Assembly (NCBI GenBank): GCA_023426245.1
Contig: JAFABB010000011.1
Span: forward strand, 24,862 to 88,861
DNA from: Bacillota bacterium
Lineage (GTDB): Bacteria > Bacillota > UBA4882 > UBA8346
Direction of reading: 5' to 3'
Length of the DNA: 64,000 nucleotides
Part shown: one piece after another, positions 25,812-35,750 of the stretch
Layout: every line of letters begins with the position of its first letter
How positions within the stretch are numbered: position 1 is the stretch's first letter
The notes under the pieces: generated by a model
What the model was told of the DNA's origin: nothing
Seen by the model: only the letters and a program-made list of their open reading frames with translations
Database searches by the model: none
Made by a program: the position numbers and the translations under genes

Positions 25812-25858
25812 TGTAAAACAAAATTATCTGCTGCCCTTTCCCATCCGGATATCCAGAT

Positions 25859-25874
25859 GTTAGTTTGCCCTAAC
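25859..25874. promoter_or_regulatory. GTTAG-N6-CTAAC palindrome, copy 4
   Basis: gttag tttgcc ctaac, upstream of the feo operon. Confidence 0.55.
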
Positions 25875-25897
25875 ATCTGGATAAATTAAATTCTTTA

Positions 25898-25913
25898 GTT
25901 AGTCTGACCTAAC
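25898..25913. promoter_or_regulatory. GTTAG-N6-CTAAC palindrome, copy 5
   Basis: gttag tctgac ctaac, between the DtxR-like gene stop and feoA. Confidence 0.55.
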
Positions 25914-25969
25914 AATGAAACAAAAATTTAAGTCTTGATGTCGGAAAGATTTTTTTCAGCACTGAATGG

Positions 25970-26392
25970 TTACTTTCGATTACCCGGGCAGTCCATCGGA
26001 CAACCTGACTGAATCAAGCCGGCCAGATACTTCACTAATTTTTCCATGGTAACCGGACTGATATAATGCTCAATGCCGCATGCGTCTTTCTCTGCAATTT
26101 GGGGATCCACGCCTAAAGTTTCACTGAAAAACCGTGTCAAAATCCGGTGCCTTTCCCGGACTTTACGCGCTTTATCCTCCCCTAACTCTGTTAATTCCAA
26201 CGGTCCATACCGTTCATGGGTCAAAAGTTGCAATTCCACCAGCTTGACTACAGCTTGGTTTACGCTAGACTTGGCTACCTGCAACTTTTCCGCCAAATCG
26301 GTCACCCGGATGGACTCGTTTTCCTCTTTCAAATCCAGAATGACTTCCAAATAGTCTTCCAGGGAAGGTGAAAGAGAGGTGGTTTCATCCAT
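25970..26392 (-). CDS. DtxR/MntR-family metal-dependent regulator with Cys-rich C-terminal tail
   Basis: LEDYLEVILDL.......RV.DLA..L.V...SV...V..L and RHR.L..F....LGV.... are typical of the DtxR N-terminal and dimerisation domains. The tail is SGCPMDCPG. The ORF opens at a TTG at 26410; an ATG (MDETT) is at 26392. Confidence 0.85.
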   Translation of the reverse strand: MDETTSLSPSLEDYLEVILDLKEENESIRVTDLAEKLQVAKSSVNQAVVKLVELQLLTHERYGPLELTELGEDKARKVRERHRILTRFFSETLGVDPQIAEKDACGIEHYISPVTMEKLVKYLAGLIQSGCPMDCPGNRK

Positions 26393-26411
26393 TCCATCAC
26401 CATATTTCAAT

Positions 26412-26427
26412 GTTAGGTCAAACTAAC
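26412..26427. promoter_or_regulatory. GTTAG-N6-CTAAC palindrome, copy 6 (immediately upstream of the DtxR-like gene)
   Basis: gttag gtcaaa ctaac, in an autoregulatory position. Confidence 0.55.
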
Positions 26428-26556
26428 TTCAAATCTACTTTACCGAAAAATGTTATCATTGTCAAGCAAATTTTTGATTTTTTAACCTTCTGTTTATATA
26501 ATTTTACGAGACCTGTATGAGACTCTGAATTTTTTTAAAATCCTTTTCTATATATT

Positions 26557-26590
26557 CAAAACGGGATGCCGAATTCGGCATCCCGTTTTG
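26557..26590. terminator. 34-nt perfect palindrome, bidirectional intrinsic terminator candidate
   Basis: caaaacgggatgccGAATTCggcatcccgttttg is fully self-complementary, with A-run and T-run arms. It lies 26 nt downstream of the pectinesterase stop. Confidence 0.75.
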
Positions 26591-26615
26591 AATACTTTAT
26601 GAAACTTGACTTTAT

Positions 26616-28553
26616 TTAGTACGGCATTTTCGGAACAAATCCCAGGATTTTTTCAACCGAACTATAATTTACTTTATATTCGTTATCGGTTAAGAACTTT
26701 CTGGTAGAAGTTTCCTGAACTACCCAACCTTCTCCGGTGTTTCGATATTCCCGAAAAAACTGTTTGGCCGCGGTAGAAATATTATCCCAGTCTGTCCAAC
26801 CCTCAGGATGAATCCGGTTGTGAAGCAGGCAAGAAATATAAACAACTTTAGCTTGATTCGTTCCCCCATTACTGCCGCCGTTCCAGGCACCCCGTCCCAA
26901 AAAAATATTTTTGGTTGCAACAGCGGGATCAACAGTCAAAAGGCAGTTCTTAAAGACATAACCCTTATTAAAACCGGCGCCATTGGTATCCGAAGGGGCT
27001 GCAGCAGTAATGTACCCTCCTTCTTTGTATGCTAAGGAGTGAATATGGCAATTGTCGAACAATGCGGTGGCTCCACCACAAATAAAGTCGACTTCTCCTT
27101 CAATATAGCAATTTTGAAAATATTGTCTGCCGGAACGTAAGTACATCGTATCTTGCTGTCCCAGGAAAATACAATTCTTCAAATAGGCTTTATCCACATT
27201 TTTGGCGGCAAACGCTATCGAACGCCTTTCGACATTATCCCATGTCCGGTTCCACTCAGGGCCCTTATTGTAAAACGTAATGTTTTCGGCATTGAAATAT
27301 CCGGCTTCGGTTAAACTCACCTCCACCAATAAGTTACCATCAATAGCGCCATAATCGGACTCATAACCATAAATTATCGTGTTAACCGGACTCTCACCGA
27401 CGAGACTAATGTTAGGCTTGGTAATTTTAAGCTTCTCCAGATAACATCCTGGTTTAATATAGATTAATGACCCGGGTTTCACAGCATCGATGGCTGCGGC
27501 GATTGTTTTATAGGCGCCACCGGCACCGTTAGGTTCCACAGTCGCTGTAGCTATTTTGGCAAGGTTAGGGCGGAGCTTCGGTTTGGCGGTTACCTTCTGA
27601 ACAGCGTTTTTGCTATAGGGTAATTGCGCCAAGTCAATGGTACCCTCTTTGATGAAGGAAGGATCGATATAATTCAAATCCTTGCTGCCGGCTTCAGGTC
27701 CGGTCATATTGATACCTGCAGGTTTTTTGGCCGGTTTTTTACTGACCGGATCCGGATCATGAACCAGTTCGGGCCTGGCCTCCAAATCAAACCCGACGAT
27801 TTTACTTAGGTCAGCCAAACTCTTACTGCTGACGTCTTCATTCTTAATCAGCAGTAAATAGGGATATCTCCCAAGGCCATTGGTACTTCCATCATTTTCA
27901 CCAAATTGAAAGAAGTTGCCGGAACCGTTTTTCTTTTCAAAATTGGCAGTCTGGTGCCTTGGTTTGCCATCAATGAATGCACTGGCAGTTATGGCCTTAC
28001 CATCTGCGCCAAGATCAAAAACAAGGCGGTAATCATGCCAATCCGAGACAATGTTATCCGGATTAAGGGAGGTTTGTCCGGTGCTTCCTTTCAACTGGTT
28101 ACTGGCATTGTGCCGTAGTAAAGATTGATATTCACCCCGTTGCCACATGGCCCAGAGAATGCCGTAAGGAGTGCCCCTATCCGGGACTACCGCACCCTTC
28201 GCCTGAAAAATGAATGTAATTTTGGTTTCGCTGCCATCGAGCGGGATTGTTAACACATCATTTACAGCATCTAAAGTGTTCAGTTTAAGGACCTTGTTCC
28301 CTGCCTTGTCACTGACAAAAGAAAAATGGGCGTTAAAAGTATCCGATGCCGCAAAACCGTTCGCTTCGATATCAGCTTTAGCATCGAGAGAGTTCTTCAA
28401 ACCCGGGATATAAAGAATATAATTCACTGGTAATTTTACAACCACGGCACCCGATCCCGATGCAGCCGCATCGTTCTCTCTCAAAAGTACCGGAAGAAAA
28501 CAGCTCAGCATGAATATAACTCCTGTAAATGCAAAAATAAATCTTTTGTTCAC
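26616..28553 (-). CDS. Secreted pectinesterase (CE8) with a large N-terminal non-catalytic region
   Basis: The C-terminal half carries the pectin methylesterase motifs GQQDTMY and EGEVDFICGG in a parallel beta-helix context. The N-terminus NKRFIFAFTGVIFMLSCFLPVLL is a signal peptide. GTG at 28553 with AGGGGG upstream; the ORF opens at a TTG at 28571. Confidence 0.85.
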   Translation of the reverse strand: MNKRFIFAFTGVIFMLSCFLPVLLRENDAAASGSGAVVVKLPVNYILYIPGLKNSLDAKADIEANGFAASDTFNAHFSFVSDKAGNKVLKLNTLDAVNDVLTIPLDGSETKITFIFQAKGAVVPDRGTPYGILWAMWQRGEYQSLLRHNASNQLKGSTGQTSLNPDNIVSDWHDYRLVFDLGADGKAITASAFIDGKPRHQTANFEKKNGSGNFFQFGENDGSTNGLGRYPYLLLIKNEDVSSKSLADLSKIVGFDLEARPELVHDPDPVSKKPAKKPAGINMTGPEAGSKDLNYIDPSFIKEGTIDLAQLPYSKNAVQKVTAKPKLRPNLAKIATATVEPNGAGGAYKTIAAAIDAVKPGSLIYIKPGCYLEKLKITKPNISLVGESPVNTIIYGYESDYGAIDGNLLVEVSLTEAGYFNAENITFYNKGPEWNRTWDNVERRSIAFAAKNVDKAYLKNCIFLGQQDTMYLRSGRQYFQNCYIEGEVDFICGGATALFDNCHIHSLAYKEGGYITAAAPSDTNGAGFNKGYVFKNCLLTVDPAVATKNIFLGRGAWNGGSNGGTNQAKVVYISCLLHNRIHPEGWTDWDNISTAAKQFFREYRNTGEGWVVQETSTRKFLTDNEYKVNYSSVEKILGFVPKMPY

Positions 28554-29113
28554 TACTCTTCCCCCTTCCAAATTGCGCGTAGGCGTGAAAAAAATAACTT
28601 TGATGCTTAACCGTTAATTCTTTATTTATTACACGGTGAATTCATCAAAGTTCGTAAATTGATTTCGATTCAGGCGGGGTTAATCCTTTATAAATTTAAG
28701 AATAGATTGCAAATTAATAATAAACGGTTAAAAAATAGCCAATTCGTAAAATATGGTTAAAATATACCGACTAAATTCATTTCTAATGTTACCGTATTCT
28801 ATTTTACAATAATCAACAGCAATAAAACGCCCGTATCATCTTCCGATCTCTCGACATCATGATGCCGTACCACCAAAATGAAATCAATGATTCCCATAAC
28901 TTAACATCAATATTTTAACTTACTTTTTACAATCTCTGATGATTTGTAGTAAACTAGAAAGTGAAGTGCATGAAACAAAAAATCATCTTCATTCAAAGAT
29001 GCCACTAATCTTTTCCGCAGACTGTGAACAAAGATTCAACACCATCAATTTGCTTTGCCAAGAGTAATTTGTAGCGATCCATTCATGAACATTTCTTTCA
29101 GGAGGGACATTTC

Positions 29114-30652
29114 TTGAATTCAAATACTGCAGTGAATAAAAACGGATTACTATTCTCCTGGATAGACAAGATTCCTATTCCCCGGCTCAAGGTCTTCCAT
29201 CAATTACTGATTATCAGTTTTATCATGGTCCTTTTTTTTATTATTCAAGGTGTTACCAGTATTTATATCAACGATACCATGCAAAAGTCAAGCCTAAACA
29301 TTGTCAAAATCAGTACCAACCGTTTCAATAACATCATTATCGTAAAAACCTATGTGGAAATCATCGAAAAAGAATATCTCAAAGCCCTTACCGGAAAAGG
29401 GAAGGTTCACTATCTGATTAATGAAGCCGAAGTCCCGGGCTTACCGCGGATTAAGGGAGAAATGGAACCTGCGGTAAAGGCTTTAAAATATGTTGCACCG
29501 CAAGATAGTGAACAAATCCTTATAAATATTAACCATATTAAAAAAATCATTCGTTTACCGCTTAGTGAAGCCAATTTCGTTGCTTTGAAACGCGATCTGA
29601 ATTCAATCGAAATTTGCATCGACGATGCCACGAGTAAATCAATCAATACCAGTTACGAAGAGGTCACCCGGAGTTCCAATTTCTCTACCGCTTCAAAAAT
29701 CGTTACCGTTGTGATTAGTATTATCGCCATCGCCATTCTGGGGATTATTTACATCTTTATGTTATCCCGATCCATTACCGACCCTATAGAGAAATTAACC
29801 GCTTATGCTATGGAGATCTCCAAAGGGAATTTTCAAACCCCTAAACTCAATATTCATTCCTCGGAGGATCTGAAAATTCTGGCTTTGGCCTTTAATAAAA
29901 TGGCAGCCAGTATTCAAAACATGATCCGGGAGATTACCGAAAAATCAGATTTAGAACGCAAACTTCATGAACAGGAAATGAAAAATTTAAAAATCTCCCA
30001 ACAGCTAAATGAAGCCCGTTTTTTAGCCCTCCAATCGCAAATCAATCCCCACTTTCTTTTTAACGCTCTCAATGCAATCATGCGGAAATCGATGTTTCAA
30101 GAAACAGAGGACACTACCCGGTTAATCCAATCCTTAGCCAATATCTTTCGTTATAATCTGGAAAGTTCATCCAAAGAAGTCCTTCTAGAGGATGAATTGG
30201 AGGTCATCCAGGAATATGTTTACATTCAACAAACCCGCTTTGGTTCACGAATCGGATTTGAAATCGTTCTACAGACAGATATCAGCCGCATTCAGATTCC
30301 ACGTTTTATCATCCAGCCACTGGTGGAAAATGCGATTATCCACGGTATTGAGCCCAAAGAGACTGGCGGGGCGGTACGGATCAAAATTTCGAAAAAAGGG
30401 CATTCCATACTCATTAAGATCATTGATAACGGGATCGGTATTTCCCAGGATAAAATCGAAAGGGTGCTTGCAGGTACCGATGAACCTTATTTAAAAGGAC
30501 ATACAACCGGAATCGGCATCACGAATGTCCGTGACCGGATGATTCTTTATTATAAAGATCCCGATTGTTTCTGTATATACAGCAAATTAAACCGGGGGAC
30601 TGTCATTACACTCAAAATAATCCCTAACAAAGAAGGTGCCACCAATGTTTAA
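29114..30652 (+). CDS. Sensor histidine kinase, YesM/LytS (His_kinase PF06580) type, with HAMP
   Basis: Two TM helices bracket a ~170-aa extracytoplasmic domain, followed by HAMP, LQSQINPHFLFNALN (H-box) and an HATPase (N-box VENAIIHG, G-box DNGIGI). TTG start with AGGAGGG 7 nt upstream. Confidence 0.9.
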   Translation: MNSNTAVNKNGLLFSWIDKIPIPRLKVFHQLLIISFIMVLFFIIQGVTSIYINDTMQKSSLNIVKISTNRFNNIIIVKTYVEIIEKEYLKALTGKGKVHYLINEAEVPGLPRIKGEMEPAVKALKYVAPQDSEQILININHIKKIIRLPLSEANFVALKRDLNSIEICIDDATSKSINTSYEEVTRSSNFSTASKIVTVVISIIAIAILGIIYIFMLSRSITDPIEKLTAYAMEISKGNFQTPKLNIHSSEDLKILALAFNKMAASIQNMIREITEKSDLERKLHEQEMKNLKISQQLNEARFLALQSQINPHFLFNALNAIMRKSMFQETEDTTRLIQSLANIFRYNLESSSKEVLLEDELEVIQEYVYIQQTRFGSRIGFEIVLQTDISRIQIPRFIIQPLVENAIIHGIEPKETGGAVRIKISKKGHSILIKIIDNGIGISQDKIERVLAGTDEPYLKGHTTGIGITNVRDRMILYYKDPDCFCIYSKLNRGTVITLKIIPNKEGATNV

Positions 30653-32264
30653 ACTATTGATTGCCGATGATGAACAACTGGAACGGGAAGCCATTCGCTT
30701 CATCATCAACCAAAATTTCCCGGAAATTTTTGAGATCCACGAAGCTGCAAACGGCAAGGAGGCTTTGGAAACGGCCCTTTCTTTCGGACCGGATCTTATT
30801 TTTATCGATATAAAAATGCCTGGAATCGACGGGCTTCAGGCTGCTTCCCTGATTCGCAAGAGCCTTCCGGAATGCCGGATCGTCATTGTCACGGCATATC
30901 ACTATTTTGATTACGCCAAGGAGGCGTTGTCGCTTGGAGTGAATGAATATATCACCAAACCGGCTCCGGTTGAAACCGTTGTTGCTACCATAAAACGCGT
31001 AATTACGGCCATTGAGGAGCAACGCGCGAAAGACTGCAGGGATGAAGAAAAGGAACGCCGGTTCAAGCAAATTGCCCAATATATCGAGGATAACCTTTTA
31101 GTCTTAATCGCCTATGGTGAAATTGAAGAAAAGGAAATTGAAGAATACCTAGATATCCTTAATTCTAATTATCAGGCCTTTCTATCGGTTGTAACATCCG
31201 TTTTTTATCAACAGAATTCCGCTGAAAATATGTCTGAAGCGAAAAAAAGAATCCTTAACAAGCAGTTGGTGGAGTGGTTGAAAAGTTATTTTCCCAAAAT
31301 CGGTTATAGCGCATTTATCCGCTCAATTGGAGCGGAGATATATATCTTGTTTCTATTCGATGAATTTTTGGATGAATACCGCTCGCGCCTCATGGGAATT
31401 CGCCTTTTTAGCGAGTTAAATGAATGCTTGTCAAATGAAATGCAAATGACTTTGAGTATAGGAATTGGAAGAGTATATCATTCCGTACACGATATATTTC
31501 AAGCATTTTCTGAAGCCAAGCGAGCCTTACGCTATGAAACGGAGCCGGGGTCGATTATCAGTTATGGTGATATTCAAAAAGGCAATCGGAAAACTGTCTA
31601 TCCGCAAAATAAAGAAAAAAAACTTTACCAATGTATTTATCGGGGGGATCGTCTCGGCGCCGAACAACTGTTGGAGGAACTGTTGGAATGGGCTCTGGAT
31701 AACTTCTCCCATCTTGAGGTTTTCCGGCAAAAGGTGTACGAAATGTTATTGTCCCTACTTTGTGAAACCTACACCAATACCCACCTGACCGAATTTGATA
31801 TTAACACGGAGGATCTTCGCCAAAACATCGGCTTACTCCATAATCGAGAAGATATCTATCTTTTCGCCAAGGATTATCTTTTAAAAAAGATAACCGAAGT
31901 CAACACGATTAAAGCATCACGAGCCAATGCACTATTGACTATGGCCATTAGCTTTATGGAAAATAATTACCAAAAGGATCTTTCCCTGGAAGAGGTCGCT
32001 TCCCATCTTCGGATTAGCCCCTTTTACCTCAGTAAAATCTTTAAAAAAATGCACAGTCAGAATTTTATCGATTATTTAACAGAGATTCGCATTCAGAAAG
32101 CCAGGGATTTATTGGCCAATCCAAGTTTAACGGTGAAGAATGTCTGTTTTCAAGTGGGGTATAATGATCCCAATTATTTTGCCCGTGTCTTCAAGAAGTT
32201 CTGCGGTCTCACACCAACCGAATATCAAGCCAAGTATTCCTATAGCCCTATTTTTGAACAATAA
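30645..32264 (+). CDS. Response regulator with AraC-type HTH output (YesN-like)
   Basis: The receiver has LLIADDE...D at FIDIKMPGIDG...K, and the C-terminus has the AraC double HTH. The ATG at 30645 overlaps the kinase stop by 8 nt. The ORF track opens at a GTG at 30636. Confidence 0.9.
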   Translation: MFKLLIADDEQLEREAIRFIINQNFPEIFEIHEAANGKEALETALSFGPDLIFIDIKMPGIDGLQAASLIRKSLPECRIVIVTAYHYFDYAKEALSLGVNEYITKPAPVETVVATIKRVITAIEEQRAKDCRDEEKERRFKQIAQYIEDNLLVLIAYGEIEEKEIEEYLDILNSNYQAFLSVVTSVFYQQNSAENMSEAKKRILNKQLVEWLKSYFPKIGYSAFIRSIGAEIYILFLFDEFLDEYRSRLMGIRLFSELNECLSNEMQMTLSIGIGRVYHSVHDIFQAFSEAKRALRYETEPGSIISYGDIQKGNRKTVYPQNKEKKLYQCIYRGDRLGAEQLLEELLEWALDNFSHLEVFRQKVYEMLLSLLCETYTNTHLTEFDINTEDLRQNIGLLHNREDIYLFAKDYLLKKITEVNTIKASRANALLTMAISFMENNYQKDLSLEEVASHLRISPFYLSKIFKKMHSQNFIDYLTEIRIQKARDLLANPSLTVKNVCFQVGYNDPNYFARVFKKFCGLTPTEYQAKYSYSPIFEQ

Positions 32265-32424
32265 TTTGCTACCTTGGTCAATTCTTTATAGAGTACTAGT
32301 ACAAAAATTTCCTAAAACAGCCAATATTTTATAGAGGCCTTTACAACATTTTGATAGAAAGTTAATCAAATATTCATCTTAGATTTCACAACTTTTAGTA
32401 CAACAAAAAAAGGGAGGTCTAGAA

Positions 32425-33579
32425 GTGAAAAATTTTAAGTGGTTAGTAGTCGTACTGGTTATGGTGTTTTTAGTGGGCCTTGTTCCAGTCAGTCAAGGTG
32501 CTTCCAAACAAATCACCTTACAAATTATCGATGTTGCAGGAAGCAAACAAATGGTGGGAGCGGCAGTTGATGCTTTTGCCGCCAAAAATCCCAATGTAAA
32601 AATCGATTATGTAATTGGAACTGCCCCCGAACTGCCGGCAAAAATAAAAGCCCAGCAAATGGCCGGTAATGTTGAAACTTGTGTTGTCTTAACCGGTTAT
32701 GACGCTATGGGATCAGGTTTTGTACAACGGATTTGGGAACGGATTTTGCCCGAACAAAAGAAATATTTCCCCGGTATTGACAAGAATTATCTGCCAGCCG
32801 CCAAAACAGCCTTCGATCTCTTTGAAGGGTATGGCGTTGTGTTTGCATGGTGCCCGGGCGGCCCGATGTTTACTTATAATCCGGATAAAGTAAAAAATGC
32901 TCCCAAAACGGCTGCTCAACTATTGGAATGGTGTAAAGCCAACCCGGGAAAATTCATGTATGCCAGACCGGCAAATTCCGGACCCGGTAGAGCGTTTTTA
33001 CAAGGTCTTCCCTATATCTTGGGTGATAAAAACCCCAAAGAACCTAAAACCTGGGATAAAACTTGGGCTTACCTAAAGGAATTGGATCAATATATTGATT
33101 ACTATCCTTCGGGTACCGGTATTACATTCCGGGAGATGGGTGAAGGCACTCGGGCCATTCTTGCCAGCCATTTGGGCTGGGATGTCAATCAAAGAATTTT
33201 AGGGACCATTCCCGCAAACTCACAAGCATTCTTCCTTGAAGGTACTACTTGGGTCAACGATTCCCATTTCGCCTGCATTCCCAAGGGGCTTGACAAACAA
33301 CACAAAGAGCTTGCTCTCAAATTGATTGCCTGGCTCCTCAAGCCGAATATGCAAGCCTTTAATTATGACACCGGTTATTTCTATCCCGGTCCTGCTGTTA
33401 AAAATGTCACACTTTCCATGGCTCCGGCTGAAAGCCAAGCTAAAATCAAAGCGGCTGAGCGGAAATATCTTGATGACGCCGTTACCAAATATCCTTCCAC
33501 CACTCAGTTGGATGCCGAAGCTCTGACCACAGCTTGCGATATGTGGGATAGGCTGGTAGGAGCAAAAATTAAAAAATAA
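32425..33579 (+). CDS. ABC transporter extracellular solute-binding protein (PotD/iron-type SBP fold)
   Basis: Signal peptide KWLVVVLVMVFLVGLVP. 384 aa, followed by an ATPase and two permeases. GTG start with GGGAGG upstream. Confidence 0.8.
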   Translation: MKNFKWLVVVLVMVFLVGLVPVSQGASKQITLQIIDVAGSKQMVGAAVDAFAAKNPNVKIDYVIGTAPELPAKIKAQQMAGNVETCVVLTGYDAMGSGFVQRIWERILPEQKKYFPGIDKNYLPAAKTAFDLFEGYGVVFAWCPGGPMFTYNPDKVKNAPKTAAQLLEWCKANPGKFMYARPANSGPGRAFLQGLPYILGDKNPKEPKTWDKTWAYLKELDQYIDYYPSGTGITFREMGEGTRAILASHLGWDVNQRILGTIPANSQAFFLEGTTWVNDSHFACIPKGLDKQHKELALKLIAWLLKPNMQAFNYDTGYFYPGPAVKNVTLSMAPAESQAKIKAAERKYLDDAVTKYPSTTQLDAEALTTACDMWDRLVGAKIKK

Positions 33580-33667
33580 TCGAAAAAATTAATTTCTAGA
33601 AAGAGGGGGGCTGTCGGTAAAAATTTGCAACATTTTCTCATGACAGCCCCTTTCTTTAATAAAACTC

Positions 33668-34825
33668 ATGATGGATGTGATTAGGATGACTAAAGAATTT
33701 AAAAAGTTAACCATAGAAAATTTAGCCAAAAAATTTGGAGAAAAAGAAGCCTTAATTGATTTTAACCTGGTCATTGAAAAAGGAGAATTTGTCACTTTCC
33801 TGGGCCCCTCCGGCTGTGGAAAATCAACCGCCCTCAATTGTATAGCAGGGCTGCTTCCCATTACTAGCGGCCATATTTATATCAATGAAGAATGTATCGA
33901 CGATGGAGCCAAGAAAGTGCCCGCTGAAAAAAGAGGGTTTGGAATGGTTTTCCAGAACTATGCCCTATTCCCTCACTTGACGGTATTTCGTAATGTTGCC
34001 TTTGGCCTCGAGCTGAAAAAAATTCCGAAAAATGAAATTCAGGAAAAAGTAGGCCAAGTCTTAAAAATGGTTCATCTTGAAGGCTACGAAAACAAATTCC
34101 CCAGCCAGATGTCGGGCGGTGAGCAACAAAGAGTCGCGATAGCCCGTTGTATTGTCCTGGAACCCAATTTATTAATGCTGGACGAACCCCTCTCCAATCT
34201 TGACGCCAAATTGCGAAATGATATGCGGTATGAACTAAAGGCTTTGCATGAAAGGCTCCAAGTCGCCAGTATTTATGTAACTCATGATCAACAAGAAGCT
34301 TTGGCCTTATCAGACCGGATTGTAGTAATGAAAAAAGGCTACATTCAGCAAGTCGGTACTCCCGAGGAAATATACTCCCATCCCGCAAATCTTTTTGTAG
34401 CCGACTTTATGGGCTTCCGTAATATTTGGGACGCCCAAATCGAAGAGATTCAGGAGAACAACGACGAAGCCAAAATTGTCGTCAATATCAACGGAAATAA
34501 ACTTATTTCCCTTACCAAGTTTACCAGTCAAAACCGCCGTTTAAAATCAGCCCTTCAAGAAGCATTCAAAAACCAAAAGACTATTAACACCGCAATCAGG
34601 CCCGAAGATTTCTTGATTGGCAAAGGAGAAACCAACTCCCTCAAATGTAAGGTGGATCTTGTTGAATATCTCGGGCAGATAAGCCACATTACAGGTACGG
34701 TAGGCAATATCAACCAAGCTGATTTACGCACCTCCGAAAAAATTTGTATCGGAGATGAACTGGACCTCTGGATACCCCCGGAGAAGCTCTTGGTATTCCC
34801 GAAGGGGGTAAATATCTATGTCTGA
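33668..34825 (+). CDS. ABC transporter ATP-binding protein (PotA/MalK-like with C-terminal TOBE-type domain)
   Basis: Walker A GPSGCGKST, Q-loop, signature MSGGEQQR, Walker B LMLDEPLS. An alternative start is the ATG at 33686. Confidence 0.9.
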   Translation: MMDVIRMTKEFKKLTIENLAKKFGEKEALIDFNLVIEKGEFVTFLGPSGCGKSTALNCIAGLLPITSGHIYINEECIDDGAKKVPAEKRGFGMVFQNYALFPHLTVFRNVAFGLELKKIPKNEIQEKVGQVLKMVHLEGYENKFPSQMSGGEQQRVAIARCIVLEPNLLMLDEPLSNLDAKLRNDMRYELKALHERLQVASIYVTHDQQEALALSDRIVVMKKGYIQQVGTPEEIYSHPANLFVADFMGFRNIWDAQIEEIQENNDEAKIVVNINGNKLISLTKFTSQNRRLKSALQEAFKNQKTINTAIRPEDFLIGKGETNSLKCKVDLVEYLGQISHITGTVGNINQADLRTSEKICIGDELDLWIPPEKLLVFPKGVNIYV

Positions 34826-35681
34826 AGAAAAACGTTGGGACGTTGGTTTGTTCATTGTTCTTCTTCCGGCGCTTTTATTCATCCTTTTTCTATTTATTTA
34901 TCCTTTTCTCTATGGCTTATTTCTTAGTTTTACCAATGAAAATGGCGCTTTTACCCTGGCCAATTATACCCAATTTTTCACGGACACCTGGGAACTACGG
35001 ACAGTTGGAATTACTCTTTGGATTGCCCTACCCGCAACTTTAATCAACATTTTCTTGGCAATACCTTTCGCTTACCACATGCGCCATGGCATGAAAAGTG
35101 AAAAATTAATCACTTTTTTCTTAATTATCCCTATCACCTTGGGTACAGTATTGATTTCAGAAGGAATGCTGACCTACATGGGGCCGCATGGTTGGCTCAA
35201 TCAGTTTTTGATGGCGATTGGTCTCATCAAGAAGCCGTTTCTTTTCACTCATAACTATCTTGGGGTAATCATCTCAGTAGTCTTACAGGGTTTCCCTTTT
35301 GCCTTTTTAATGTTATTGGGTTATATATCCGGAATCAATCCCGATTTGGAAAAAGCCGCCCAAATGTTGGGGGCTTCGAAAGTGGAAACCTTCTGGAAAA
35401 TATTATTTCCTTTAATGGTGCCTGGGATTGCCATCGCTTTTTGTCTCAATTTCGTGATGGCCTTCTCGGTTTATCCATCTGCGGTCTTGCTGGGGCAGCC
35501 TTCTGGACCTACCCGAGTTATCTCGATTGCCGCTTATCAATGGTCTTTTGAAAAATTCAATTTTAATATGGGTTCGGCGATATCCATGGTTATGGCCGCT
35601 ATTGAACTTGTGGTGATTGTTCTGGTATTCATCTGGAGACAGCGAATTTACAGAGGTGCTTCCATCGTCGGAAAAGGATAA
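34818..35681 (+). CDS. ABC transporter permease
   Basis: Six-TM BPD_transp_1 type with the EAA-like loop (LEKAAQMLGASKVETFWKILFP). Overlaps the ATPase stop by 8 nt. Confidence 0.85.
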   Translation: MSEEKRWDVGLFIVLLPALLFILFLFIYPFLYGLFLSFTNENGAFTLANYTQFFTDTWELRTVGITLWIALPATLINIFLAIPFAYHMRHGMKSEKLITFFLIIPITLGTVLISEGMLTYMGPHGWLNQFLMAIGLIKKPFLFTHNYLGVIISVVLQGFPFAFLMLLGYISGINPDLEKAAQMLGASKVETFWKILFPLMVPGIAIAFCLNFVMAFSVYPSAVLLGQPSGPTRVISIAAYQWSFEKFNFNMGSAISMVMAAIELVVIVLVFIWRQRIYRGASIVGKG

Positions 35682-35750
35682 AATAACAAAATAAAGCCTG
35701 AGTTGAGATGAACTCTTACTTCAAACTTTGGACTTCGGGAGGCAATTGCT

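Noticed and set aside
33589-33861. 90-aa minus-strand ORF at the start of the ABC ATPase gene, and other 60-100-aa ORFs inside called genes
   Set aside because: They are antisense to, or out of frame with, genes that have clear Walker or signature motifs, and they have no independent support.
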